From contig NW_005434596.1 in assembly GCF_000315625.1 (NCBI RefSeq), positions 375,389 through 419,931 on the forward strand: a stretch of DNA of 44,543 nucleotides, written 5' to 3'. A program made the translations under genes and the position numbers. This document shows, in pieces, positions 11,008-22,500 of this stretch. The stretch comes from Guillardia theta CCMP2712 (Eukaryota > Protista > Cryptophyta). The notes under the pieces are model-generated. The model was not told the origin of the DNA and did not search any database. It was given only the letters and a program-made list of their open reading frames with translations. Each line of letters begins with the position of its first letter. Positions within the stretch are counted from its first letter, which is position 1.

Positions 11008-11230
11008 GTACCGCCGCCGCCGGGCGCCCCGGTCCAGCGGCCGGGCGGCCCGGTACGGCCGGTGGCGGCGGAAGCCACGGGCCGGGCCCGGGGCGGGCCG
11101 CGCCGCACGACTCACTATTTCCCCAGCCGCCCGCCTGTGACTATCAATCGGTCGGATCAGACGCCAAAGTTAAGACCGCCCGGGTGGGGCGCCGGGTAGG
11201 CCCGCCCGCTGCCCGGGCAGTAGACGGTCA
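11008..11230. promoter_or_regulatory. GC-rich intergenic island between divergent genes
   Basis: CCGGG/GGCC-dense tract followed by the TACTCAAAATTAAGTTAA motif. Confidence 0.4.
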
Positions 11231-11238
11231 AGACCATC

Positions 11239-11260
11239 TCTTTACTCAAAATTAAGTTAA
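11239..11260 (-). repeat. Dispersed AT-rich motif, copy 2 (inverted)
   Basis: Reverse complement TTAACTTAATTTTGAGTAAAGA matches 38269-38290 at 21/22. Confidence 0.8.
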
Positions 11261-11658
11261 CTTGGATCAGTACTAGACCAAGTTCACGGTAGTCAGTCAA
11301 AAGCCCCTCTAAACGGTAGTACCGGTCCGATCCCCCCGACATGACCCACTAGTCTGAAAGCCCAAGGCCACCCACCCCCACATCTGGCCGCCAGCCATAG
11401 TCCTCCATTCAGCCTGTAACTCACCACCCCACCCCCTGAGGCGAAAGTCCCTCTTCTAGTTGTTTCTGTCGGTGGCCCGGGGCCTGTGACGAGAGTCCAG
11501 TAGTCTCCTGCTATCTGACCTGATGGAGGCACCTCGGCTCCCCTACCCTCACCCCTCCTATCTGCTACCCTACCCCCTCACATCGTTCGCCACCCCATCG
11601 AGTTCCTTACCCCTTCCGTCAGTCGTCGTACCCCCCTCCCTGAAGTGCTCCCTCTGCC

Positions 11659-14600
11659 ATGGCAGAGAGCGAGGGCTCGCTCAATCAAGGAATGGGCGAG
11701 GAGGGGAGGCTCAGAGAGGAGGAGGAGCTTCATGCTGTCCAGGCTTCATCGCATCCTCCTGCCAACGAGCTCGATCCGCCCCTTGACGATCATCTCTCAA
11801 GAGAAGACCTAGGCCTGGAAACGTGCCAGCCTGCGATACCCGTCCAACCAGAAGACGAGGCGTCAGAAGCAGCAGCACAACCACAGCTCAATCATGGGCC
11901 CAAATTCTTTCTTGATGAAGATTTTAAAAAAGAGCTAGAGGAAGCGCACAGCAAATCAACGCTGCCGCCCCTTCACTTCTCTTCAAGGAAAGCTGAGCAG
12001 GATTCTAATGGCCTTGTGCAAAAGCTAAGTTCTCGGAGCGAGAATGGAGAGAGAATCATGGCCAAGACCACGTTCTCAAAGGTCAATGATTCTATGGACA
12101 GCCAACATAGCGTTTCCCGTCTACCTCCTGCGCCTTCGTCGATTCCGACATACTATTCGACTCCTGATCGATTTGGGTCCAATGGGATGAAATATGAGGA
12201 TTCCTTCCATTACCCTTTGTCGGAGAGTTTAGGGATGCGAAGCGAGAAGAAGAGGCTGCATTCGAAACGAGCGAGTAACGTGAACCAAGCCGTTCGAAGA
12301 GAGTGGGGTGCTCAGGTAATGATTGATCCTGATATACCTCTCTGATTCCACACCAGATCATAGCGGACTTGAAGATTGCAATAGATGAAGAATACTTAGG
12401 ATTGAAGAGGATTCTCAGGGAGTGGAAATACTTGAAGGAAGTCAACCAAATACACACTCATTTGTTCTTCGTCATACGAAGGAACGTGTCGTACAACGCT
12501 GCAAGGCAGAGGTTGCTTGAATGGCATTGGCTGATTCGGTATTTCTCGTCCACTAGACGATGGATTAGCAGGCAACTTATCATTTTTCACTACTGTTTGC
12601 TCTGACAGTTTCGACAGAATCTCGTATCGTATCACAACAAACCTGTTGAAATCCACATTTGCTGGGTGGTCGTATCAGTCATGGCAAGATCAAAAACTCA
12701 GACGGAAAGAGGCGCGAGCAAGATTCTTGGCTCTCAGGACTTGCTTTTTATGGTTTGGCTATGCTGTTTCAGGGCATCGGCGAGTAAGAATCAAGTATTC
12801 ATCGATAAGAGACAGCAAAACACAGCTCTTGCTAACCGCAGCGTTTGATGCCTTCAGATCGCAGTTGTGCAAAGATAAGAGTCTTCGCACTCTCTCCTTA
12901 TACCTCGGGAAAAATCTATTGAGTGAAAGTGTACAGCTGTTTCATTCGTGGCGTGATTTTACAGCGCGTCAGTTCTTCTTGGAGTGTACTGCAAGGAAGT
13001 GTGAAATGCGATGGCAAAACTTTATGTTGAAATCATTCATGGACACCTGGAAGGCACACGCAAGGCAAAACATTGATGCTCTGATTTCCTTCCGAAGGGC
13101 TTCGAAACGTTCAGTCGAAAAGCTTCTGCGCGTGGTCTGTAACACATGGAGCATGATAGTTTACAAGATGAGATGTTATCGACATGCTCATTTCTTCGTG
13201 CAATCCAGGTTGAGAAGAAGCACATTAATTGGGACCTTTCAAGCTTATCGATATAGAATCGTGCGGCATAAAGAACTGCACTCTTCTCTAGCAAACCTCC
13301 TCAGCAGAAATATGCATCGTTCAATGAAATTCTCCCTGACTGCGTGGGATTGGGCGATGGTTCAAACGTCCAACAAGAGGAAGACAAACCAGCTAGTGCA
13401 GAGCAAGAACGATAGTCTGTGTTGTGATTGCTTGAATCGATGGTGCTGGCTCAAAGATATTCGCAAAACTGCTTCAAAGAAAGTGCAATTGGCTCGAGCG
13501 AAGATCTCCGTTCAACGAAAGAAAAGAACATTCAGTTTATGGTATACTTCACACATCCAATGGAGTGGCAACCTCCAACGAGCAGAAGCATATGTGAAGT
13601 CAAGGAATCTAAGGTTAGTCATCCTTTTTCATTTCTAGTTCTGAGGCTTCGACCATCCCTGTTCCTTTCTAGTTCTTATGCTTTGCTTGCAGGTTGTGTC
13701 AACTGGTTCTGACGTCTCTATTCTCCTTTTCAAAGTCGTTCTCGTGTACTTCACAACGGCTAGCGAGTACTCGATGTAGGCTACGGTGGAACAAGAGGCT
13801 AAGATATTCAATGATAGAATGGAGGCTGATAGCGGCGCATCGCAAAGGACTCTCTCTCAATGATCTGCATGTTCAATTTCCTGCTAAAGAGCTTCACTTC
13901 AACCTTGAATGGCGTGAAGAAAACATCTTCAGTCACCTTCATCGAATCTTCGAGCTCAAGAAGACTCGTCAGCGGCTTGTTCGCAGCCAATTGCTGAATG
14001 TGTTGGACCTCTGGCTGTATGGGCACCTCAAACTTACATCGCAAACCCTTGGATCTCAGATTATAACCAAACGCAATCTTATCCGGGTACAAAGATTCTG
14101 CATCAAACATTGGCGAGCTATCATTAGACGAAGAGTGCACGTGTCGTTGCTTCTGCAAAAATCAATGACGAAAGGTCACAGACAGAAACTTCAAATTGCA
14201 ATCATAAGCTGGAAACATTTTGCCTCACATTGGAATAGGATTTGTAATCGCATCGACTCTCTCCTTGGTCGAAAAAGACATACCCAGCTTCACGATTGTT
14301 TCATGTCTTTACAGAAGAATCTCCGTCGTTGTAAGAAGCTGGAGGAGAATGGAGAGATCTCTGCAAGAATGGTATTTGTGCTTTTATGTCTCAAAGCAGT
14401 ATTTGATTTGATTTGTTTGCAGGTGAACCAATCAAGAAAGTTGCAGTATCTCTTGGGATGGAAGTTCATCATCACTAAAAAGAAGCGCTTTTTGGAGTTA
14501 CACGTCATGAGCAAACGCAAGACTGCATATGAATTCATCGCTCTTTGGAGAACTTCGTGCGCTCGACAAAGTTGCACCAAAACTTCCGTTGCAAAAAGGA

Positions 14601-15200
14601 GGAAGAAGATTCTGTCTTTAGCGTTCTCAACGTGGCAGGTTACCAGCAGGAAAAGCAGAAGTTGTGTGGGGTTGTACTTCAAGAAGATTTCTACTTTGCT
14701 GCTCCGAACCGTCTTGGAATGGCACGCGGCGATTTTGATTCAGCGAGGGGTTCGCCTCCACGTGGGGGTTGCTAAGGTTTGTCGCTTCCTCCCATGCCTT
14801 GCGCGGGCCTGACTGAGTGAGCAGAAAGAAAACAAGAGGGAGCTGCGCATGCTCGCGCTCTCCCTGGCCTCTCTACGTCAGCAGGCGTTCAGGTCGCGTC
14901 AGGCTGTCGGTCACCTCAAGGTCGCTGCTCGTCGTTTCGCCATGGCGCGAATGATGAGGACATTCCGAGAGCTGCGGGCTGCGGCGCTGCAAAGAGCGAC
15001 CAGGAGGAGGCACTTGATGCGAGTGATCGGCATGCACGCGCAGCAGGAGCTCAAGTTTCGCTTCAAGACCTGGAGGCACTGGATCGTGTACAAGCAGATG
15101 ACCCTGTGTGCTATCGACAAGATCGTTGAAGAGATCCGGTAGACTTGTTGTAGATGAAACACAAACAACGTCCAGGGGCAACGGATTTCGTTCAAGATGA
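11659..15200 (+). CDS. Sfi1-like repeat protein (putative centrin-binding), multi-exon
   Basis: Acidic disordered N-terminus, then ORFs 12646-13638, 13694-14812 and 14849-15142 full of basic helices ending F/L-x-x-W-K/R (FHSWR, FMDTWK, FSLWY, FIALWR, FSTWQ, FKTWR), the Sfi1 repeat signature. Confidence 0.7.
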
Positions 15201-15516
15201 TGCAAGAACAGGTCGAAAAAGTGCAGTAAAAGAGCAAAGTTGATTGTTTGTTAATTTTGTTATCACCATTTCAGTGAACCCCGTTCAAACCACCAAGAGC
15301 GACTTCTTCCATCTGACAGAACCACGTTAAAACCAAGCAGACTGGTCAGATTTACAACAAAGAAAAAGGTCAAATAGCACCTTGGATGTCCCCAGAACTC
15401 TTCTTGGCCCTCAACAATTGTGACTTCTACCTCATACCGACCAGGATGGGCAATTTGCAACATGACTTCAAGCTCCGTAACACTGGTACTAGCATGTTAC
15501 TTGACGATTCTCAACT

Positions 15517-15613
15517 TCTCTCCTCTCCACTCCTCTCCACTCCTCTCCTCTCCTCTCCTCTCCTCTCCTCTCCTCTCCTCTCCTCTCCTCTCCTCTCCTC
15601 TCCTCTCCCCTCC
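15517..15613. repeat. (CTCCT)n microsatellite
   Basis: Direct pentanucleotide repeats. Confidence 0.95.
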
Positions 15614-15899
15614 TGCTTACTCAGGCATTTTTGCGTGAGCTACGACATAGTCAGCTTGTCCAGCTGGGATGACATGGACCAGTAGAGTCGTGGGCATCTG
15701 AGAGCACCGTCAGGACGCAAGGAAGTGAGGAACGAGAAGAGCAAAGAGATAGAAAGCAGTGAGAGGGAGGGAGGGAGGGAGGGAGTAAGGGAGGGAAATG
15801 GAGAGTGGGAAATGGAGGGAGGGAAATGGAGGGAGGGAAATGGAGGGAAGGAGGGAGGGAGGGAGGATAAGGGAATGAACGAACTTTGATCGAGATGTT

Positions 15900-16260
15900 G
15901 TCTGGGACGATCCTCAACGCACGAGACTCTCCCGCTGATATGGTTCCGAGATCGCTCGGCGCTGAGTTGACACGTCAAGCTCGTGAGGCAGCCAGGGAAT
16001 ATTTGAAATTTCCCATTACCAGCTTCCAGCTCATCTCCAGCAAAGGAGAAACTGACAACCTTGTCATGGTTTTGTCGGCAAAGCATCACACCTGTCAGCA
16101 ACGTCAAGTCTCCCTCCTCTTCCTCCTCTTCTCACCATCGCTCAGTCTTATCTCCTCGAAGTGAGTGCGATTGACGTAATGAACAATCAGAGACTCTACC
16201 GAGCAAAAGCTGCATCCAGTCGTCACAGCCTGCTGCTGCTGCTGCTTCTGCTGCTTCTGC

Positions 16261-16323
<63 letters not shown>

Positions 16324-18711
16324 ATCTGCAACTACCTTACCCTCGGTTGGGGTCTGACGCCGCCACCACATCAGGATGGTTGAAGATATGCTCAGTGTGA
16401 AGTCGAGGGATCTCCAAGTTGTGTCAGTTCCAGCGCAAATTCAGCTCATCCTCACCTCGAATGGCATCAGCCAGATTGCAAAGATGACGTCTTCCGGAGC
16501 CGTCTGCCATCCAAATCAGCCATAGGGAATTCTCCTGTTCCTTTTCCTGTTCCCGTTCCCCCTCCTGTTCCTCCTCCTCCTCCTCCTCCTCCTCCTCCTT
16601 CTCCATTTGTTCTTCCCCCTCCTCCACCACCACCTCGTGAAATCCTCCTGTATCTCCTCACCTTTCGCAGAGGTATCCCGGACGCTTCCAGCTGAGCAAC
16701 CAGCCGGACCACGTCATGGCTCAACACGTACCCTGCATCTCCCCACCTGAGCCTCCCCCCCGGCAAACTCATGTGGATCGCACCAGCTCCTATGGCATAC
16801 TCGGGCCACTCGCGGATCCCGTAGAGGTCCTTGGCTGTCGACCAATTTCAACTGCTCCTGCGCCTCCTCCTCGTACCTGACAGCAGTGGCTCATGCGGCG
16901 ACGGCCAGTTCATCCTGCCCATGTACAGGCGGGAGGAGGGGAAAGTCTGAGAAGCGTTAGCAGATAGTTGAGGTCGTCGAGAGAACCGAGTCGAGGAAGA
17001 GCTGGACGTTGAAGTACGCGTCATCGCCTATGCGAACCATGTGCTCGAAGCTGAGAGAGAGGTGAGGAATGGAGCAAGACAGGATCAGCAGACCAACTTG
17101 AAGTTCCTGCTGAGAAACTTGCAGGCTTCCAACATCTTGCATGTGGTGCTAGAGGTCACTGCTGCTCCCCAGTAATACTGCTCTTTCGATTGCGAGCTGA
17201 AGGTGACAAGGATGAGGACGAGGGTGAAAACAGAAGCGAAAGGAAAGAGACGAAGAGGAAAAAGGGGAAGAAGAAAGAGAAGGCAAGTCGGAAAAAGCAT
17301 CAAACCTGTAAGATTCATCGTAATCCGGGCATGAAGTAACTATCATGTCCCAGTGTTCTTGCATTTCCTTCATGAGCTCTGAGTTGAGCTAAGCGACGGC
17401 ACAGAGAGATAGAGAAGGAGAAAGGAGATTAGATGCGACAAGAGGGGAGGAGAGGAGAGGAGAGGAGAGGAGAGGAGAGGAGAGGAGAGGAGAGGAGAGG
17501 AGAGGAGAGGAGAGGAGAGGGGAGGAGAGGAGAGGAGAGGAGAGGAGAGGAGAGGAGATACCTTCTTTCTGTTGTTGGTGTAATTGTATTGCATCTCTCT
17601 CGTATTCTCCAATGACAAAGAAAAGAAGAGCTTGTTGGCTGACATCGCATCATCATCATTATAATCGTCGTCGTCGTCATCACCATCGTCATCACCATCA
17701 CCATCACCATCACCATCAACATCAACATCAACAGCAGAAGCAGCAGGAGCAGGAGCAGGAGCAGCAACACCATTATTTCCACCACCACAACCACCTCTCA
17801 CGTTCTGATAGCCTTACCCGTCCATCGCTGTTCTCGACCATTGTGCTCTTATCGGCTCCCGTCTCTCCCGTCCTTCTCATTGTCACGTGCCCACTTCTCA
17901 TCTGGCTCTTTACCGCCGAGCCATGTTGGCGCAATGACGACAACGCGGGTGGAGGTGAAGGGAAACTTCTGCAGGAGGAGGCTGAAGCCGGAGGTCAAAC
18001 ATGCGCCATCTCTCTCCTCCTGGACCTCTGCTGGTGCTGGACAAACTCGGTCGGCAGGACGATCTCGGGCTCCTGAACTTCAAAGTGGATGCGCTGGAAG
18101 GAGCATGAGCAGGAGGCAGCGCTGGATCGCCGTACCTGCTCCACTTCTCCTCCTCCTCCCACGTCCTTGAGCAAGACGTGCAGCGTGTGGGGGCCGGTGG
18201 CGGACATCTTGAGGGGACGTCGGAGCTGCGGCCACTGCGACGAGAGGAGGAAGAAGCTGCGGGGAGTTGAGAGAGGAACAAGTTGAGAGAGGAAGCGTTC
18301 ACTCGTCATAGATGACTTCGTCTCCGTTGACCACTGACACTTTCAGCTCATACCGCCTGTCTGTCAGCCCCAATGTCAGGGAGAGCAGGACACGAGTGAT
18401 ACACACCTTGATCGGGTTGATCAACTTCGAGGAGGAGCAGGAAGAAGACGAAAGGACGGTACGTCACATTGTTCAATGGGGAATGGACGAGAAGCCTGAG
18501 AGCGTCGACAAGGCATAAGGACGACATTTGACTTGGTCGCAACTCACTTGGAGGAGGCGACAGAGTTGTGCAGGAGGAGCAGCAGCAACAGCAGGAGAAA
18601 ATTGAGAAGCCAATGTGAAGGAAACTGAATCATAGCTTCCTGTACAGGCCAAGTTTGCCTCCGACGTTCACCATCTGCTCGAGGGGAACTATCAGCTGCT
18701 CCTTGCTCCTG

Positions 18712-18809
<98 letters not shown>

Positions 18810-19170
18810 ATCCTGCTCCTGCTCCTGCGCCTGCTCCTGCGCCTGCACCCGCTCCTGCTCCTGCTCCTCCTCCCCCCTCCCCGTCTATTTAGTTGCGTCC
18901 CTGTTGTTCCAAAAAGAAGTTTAATCTGCACGGGGCGAAGAGTGACGAGGAGAGAAGGTAAGGGAGGAGCGAAGCGCGAGAGAAGGGGAGAGGAAGGGAG
19001 AGGAGAGGAAGAGAGGAGAGGAAGAGTGGGATGGAAAGGATTCTGAGTACGGAACCGAGAGAACTGGTGAGCAGAGATGACACGAGGAAAGATGAGGGGA
19101 GGAGCAGAAGACTGTTGAGGAGGACAGACGATAGCACCAGAAGAGGTGACCCGATTTTATGCGGGAGCAT
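15900..19170 (-). CDS. Glycosyltransferase family GT31 (beta-1,3-galactosyltransferase-like), many small exons; ends approximate
   Basis: Motifs in expected order on separate exons: FEHMVRIGDDAYFNV (DxD-type, ~17005-17050), RLYMGR (~16925), AGYVLSHDVVRLV (~16700-16738), TAPEDVIFAIWL (~16465-16503), ESLIVHYV (~16175). Confidence 0.75.
16230..16321. repeat. (CTG/CAG)n trinucleotide repeat, ~30 units, probably intronic
   Basis: Direct repeats with CTT interruptions, between a minus-strand GTAAGG donor (~16340) and CAG acceptor (~16230). Confidence 0.9.
17447..17558. repeat. (AGAGG)n microsatellite, intronic
   Basis: About 22 pentanucleotide units. Confidence 0.95.
17647..17790. repeat. Compound (CAT/CGT/CATCAC/GCAGGA)n microsatellite
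   Basis: Adjacent tri- and hexanucleotide runs. Confidence 0.85.
18705..18868. repeat. (TCCTGC)n hexanucleotide repeat
   Basis: About 25 units; reads (QE)n or (RS)n on the minus strand. Confidence 0.95.
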
Positions 19171-19517
19171 AACGAAGGAGGGAGGGAGGGAAAGGGAGGG
19201 AGGGAGGGAGAAGGCCAAGTGAGAGGTTCAATAAAACCGGAAGGAAAGAGGGCAAAGAAGAGAATTCGAAGGGAAAGTCAGCAGGAGAGAGAAGCAGGAA
19301 CAAGCAGAAAGCAGAAGGGAGACAGAGGATGACATGCAGTGCGAGTAGTGGCGGAGAAAGGAGTGCATGATGGGCAATGATGGAGGGGAAAGAGTGAAAG
19401 GAAATCATCTATCTATTGATATCTTCTCGCATCCATCAGTTGTTCTCATGAATTTGTATTCATGTCTTCAAGCATAGTACAGGCTAATTCACAACAGAGC
19501 AGCTCTCCTGAGCTGAC

Positions 19518-22500
19518 TCATGCAAGGTTGCTGTCCAACCCCCCCCACCGCCCTAGCACATCCTCTAGTTTCTTCCTCTCCACAGGCTGCCGTCTTGGTC
19601 AGACGCTTGGAGACAGACAGGCAGGGAGAGCGGAATGGAGAGAGAGGGAAGGGAGAGCAGCGAGGGAGCGAGGGCAGGGAGACAAGAAAGGAGCGAGGGA
19701 GGGCTGGTAGGCAGCAACCAAGACAGATAGCAAGAGAAAGAGTCTAGGCAGTAAGAGGAAGGAGGAAGAGACATAGCACAGGGAGCAAGAGAGAGGCAGG
19801 GAGGGAAGTTACTTTGGTGATGTAGTCGTCCATGCCCGACGCCAAGCATTTCTCCCTGTCGCCCTTCATCGCGTTGGCTGTCACCGCTATGATCGGCGTT
19901 TTCTGCAGCATCACGTCAAACTCAGTCAGTCTCACATTCTCAGCTCGTTCACCTGATTCGGTCCAGTTCGTTGTCTGATGTTCTCTGTCGCCTGACAAAC
20001 CCTTGATCAGAGACGCTCCTCCTCCAACTCCCCTGCTAAACTGTCTTCCACCCCCTCCTTTTGCACTCCCCTCCTCCATCTGGTTTCTTCCATCTCACTC
20101 CCTTGTTCCTCCTTCAATCTGCACAAGTCACCTGCCATCCATCCATGATGGGCATGTTGCAGTCCATGAGGATGACGTCATAGAGTCTGCTGCTCGTGAT
20201 GTTTACTGCCTCCAGCCCGTTCTCGACCGCCTCCATCCTGCTCAACATCAGCGACGGCGCTGAGGAGCGTTGGTCCCACCTGTGTCCCAGCTTGATCAGC
20301 ATGGCCTCCAGCAGCCTCCTGTTGGCCCAGTGATCTTCAACGATGAGGATCCGCATCTGCAGCAGCGTCACTTTGACAACTTGTAAGACAAGCTGTGAGC
20401 TGCCTGTCCAGGTGCTCTTCCACCCTCGACAACTTGAGGCTCGTCCGGCTGTTGAGAGTCCTCGCGAGCCTGCTGAGCAGAGCTGGGGGCTTGCAGGAGC
20501 AGGGCAAGAGACTCTTTCTTGAGGGGTTTCATTACCAACCGGTCGAAGGCAAGACCGTCAAGCCTGGAGTTCTGTAAGCAGACATGCAGGAACGAGCAGG
20601 AGAGGTCAAGAGAGAGAGAAGGTAGCTAGGGAAGGGAGAGAGCAGGGAGCTAGGAAAGGCGTTTAAGCTTGTCAACTCACCACGGTAGCATATCCTCATC
20701 TGCCATTCCAAAGATACGAACACTTGTTCGGTGAGCTTCGATGAGTTGCTGCTTCAACTTGCCGAGCTGAACTTGAGTTTCGACCGCATCATGAATAGAA
20801 AACAAGATGCAACGAAACTTTGCAAGCTTGGAATGCGACATGAAGTCATCAAATGTGTCTACAATCTCGAAGTCCATTCCTGTCTGTTTCAAAATCCCTT
20901 TGAGAATTACTTTCTGGGTTTTCACTGTCTCATAAATGAGAACGCTTGAAGGTAATTCGGCTTTTGCGACATGATTTGTTGTTGTTAAATTGTTCTTGGG
21001 CATCTCTCTGTGTATCCGCTTGCTCACCATCCACTTATTCACCACCGCGAGCAGCTGGTCTTTCCTGACAGGCTTGGAGATCAAGTCCGTCATCCCTGCC
21101 GCCCAGAACTTAGCTGTGTCGTCAGAGGCGGCAGCTCCCGTGATCCCGATGATCGTCAGCGGCCTCGTCGCTCCTCCCGCTGCTTCATTCGCACGGATCT
21201 GCGCAGTGGCCTCCCACCCCGTCAGCTTGGGCATGAAGCCATCCATGAGGACCACGTCGTACTCAATCGTACTGATAGCATGCACAGCGTCAGCTCCGTC
21301 CTGTGCCTCTTCCACATCGTAACCCGCCTTCTTCAGCATAGACTTGAGGAGCATCCTTTGCCCATGATCGTCGTCGACAACCAAGACTCGTCCAGTTAGA
21401 GCATGTTGTACCGGTAGGACCGCGTGGTTGATGTGAGGAGTCACCTGGGCTGGTGCTGTTTCGCCTTTCCAGTGATTTGTGACGATTCCCGTGCGAACGT
21501 GAGACTTTTGCTCGAGTAGAATCAAATTAACGTCATGCCTCGTCAGCGGCCTTGCCAAGCAGACATTAAAGCCAGCCTCCAAGCAAGCGCAGCTCTCCTT
21601 CGAGTAGATGTCGTCGACGACTCCAACTACGATCAGTCTGTTCCTGTCGGGAAAGTCTTTCTCAATCTTTCTGACCTGCTCAACAATCGTGAAGCTTGTT
21701 TCCCCATCGCCTGTCTTTGCATCCCCTAAATCCAGATCGAGGAAGAGAATGTCGAAATTCCATCCATTGCCACACTGCTTGATGACGTGGGAGAGTTCCG
21801 TGGTGCTTGCGCATGCCATACACTCATGCGACTCTCGCATCAGCATGGCCTTCAGCACCATTCGCTGCGTAACATCATTGATGGCGATCAAGATCTTAGT
21901 GCCTTCTTGATCCCTCGAGACAAAGTTCATTTCAGGAGCTGCGGTCAATTTGTTTGACATGCTGTTGTCTTCCAACAGGCAGCTCTGAAACAGTTCTCCT
22001 GAGACCTCAAACAAGGCGTCACCAAGAATTGCCAGACGAGACGGACGGCTGAGCACGACACATCTTGGAATATTTCGAAACTCAGCCGATCGGCTCAGCT
22101 GAGTGATAGGACAGAGTACCAAACAACTGACTCCTGTGTACTTTGCTGATATTTCTTTCAAAGAGTTGTACATCGATTGCAAATTCTCACCCATCCCAGA
22201 GTCCTGTTGTTTCATGATGCTCATGTTCTGCTCATTGGAAATGGAAGGACAAACTATCATGATGATCTTGGCATTATCCGAGGAAAATGACACGTTCGAC
22301 ATCCGGTCGACAGCCTTCACATTGTAGTCGAGCCCTTGAATGCACTTCATCATGGAGTATCGCAGAGTCTCGTTGCCGGCAACTAGAACCACCTCTGTTT
22401 CAACCGATTGCGAGTTCCTCTTGGTACCTTGAACGTGATAGTCGTCAGCCCGTTGGAAGGTGGCGGTGAACCAGAAGAGCGAGCCTTGTCCCATCGAGCT

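Noticed and set aside
16104-16400. PolyQ/polyA/polyL proteins
   Set aside because: Translations of a CAG tract bounded by splice-like sites inside the GT31 gene.
18630-18690. Hpt-like peptide (VGGKLGLYRKL) as a kinase extension
   Set aside because: The kinase ends at TGA 19518 after [14 protein letters not shown]; no HxLKG motif seen.
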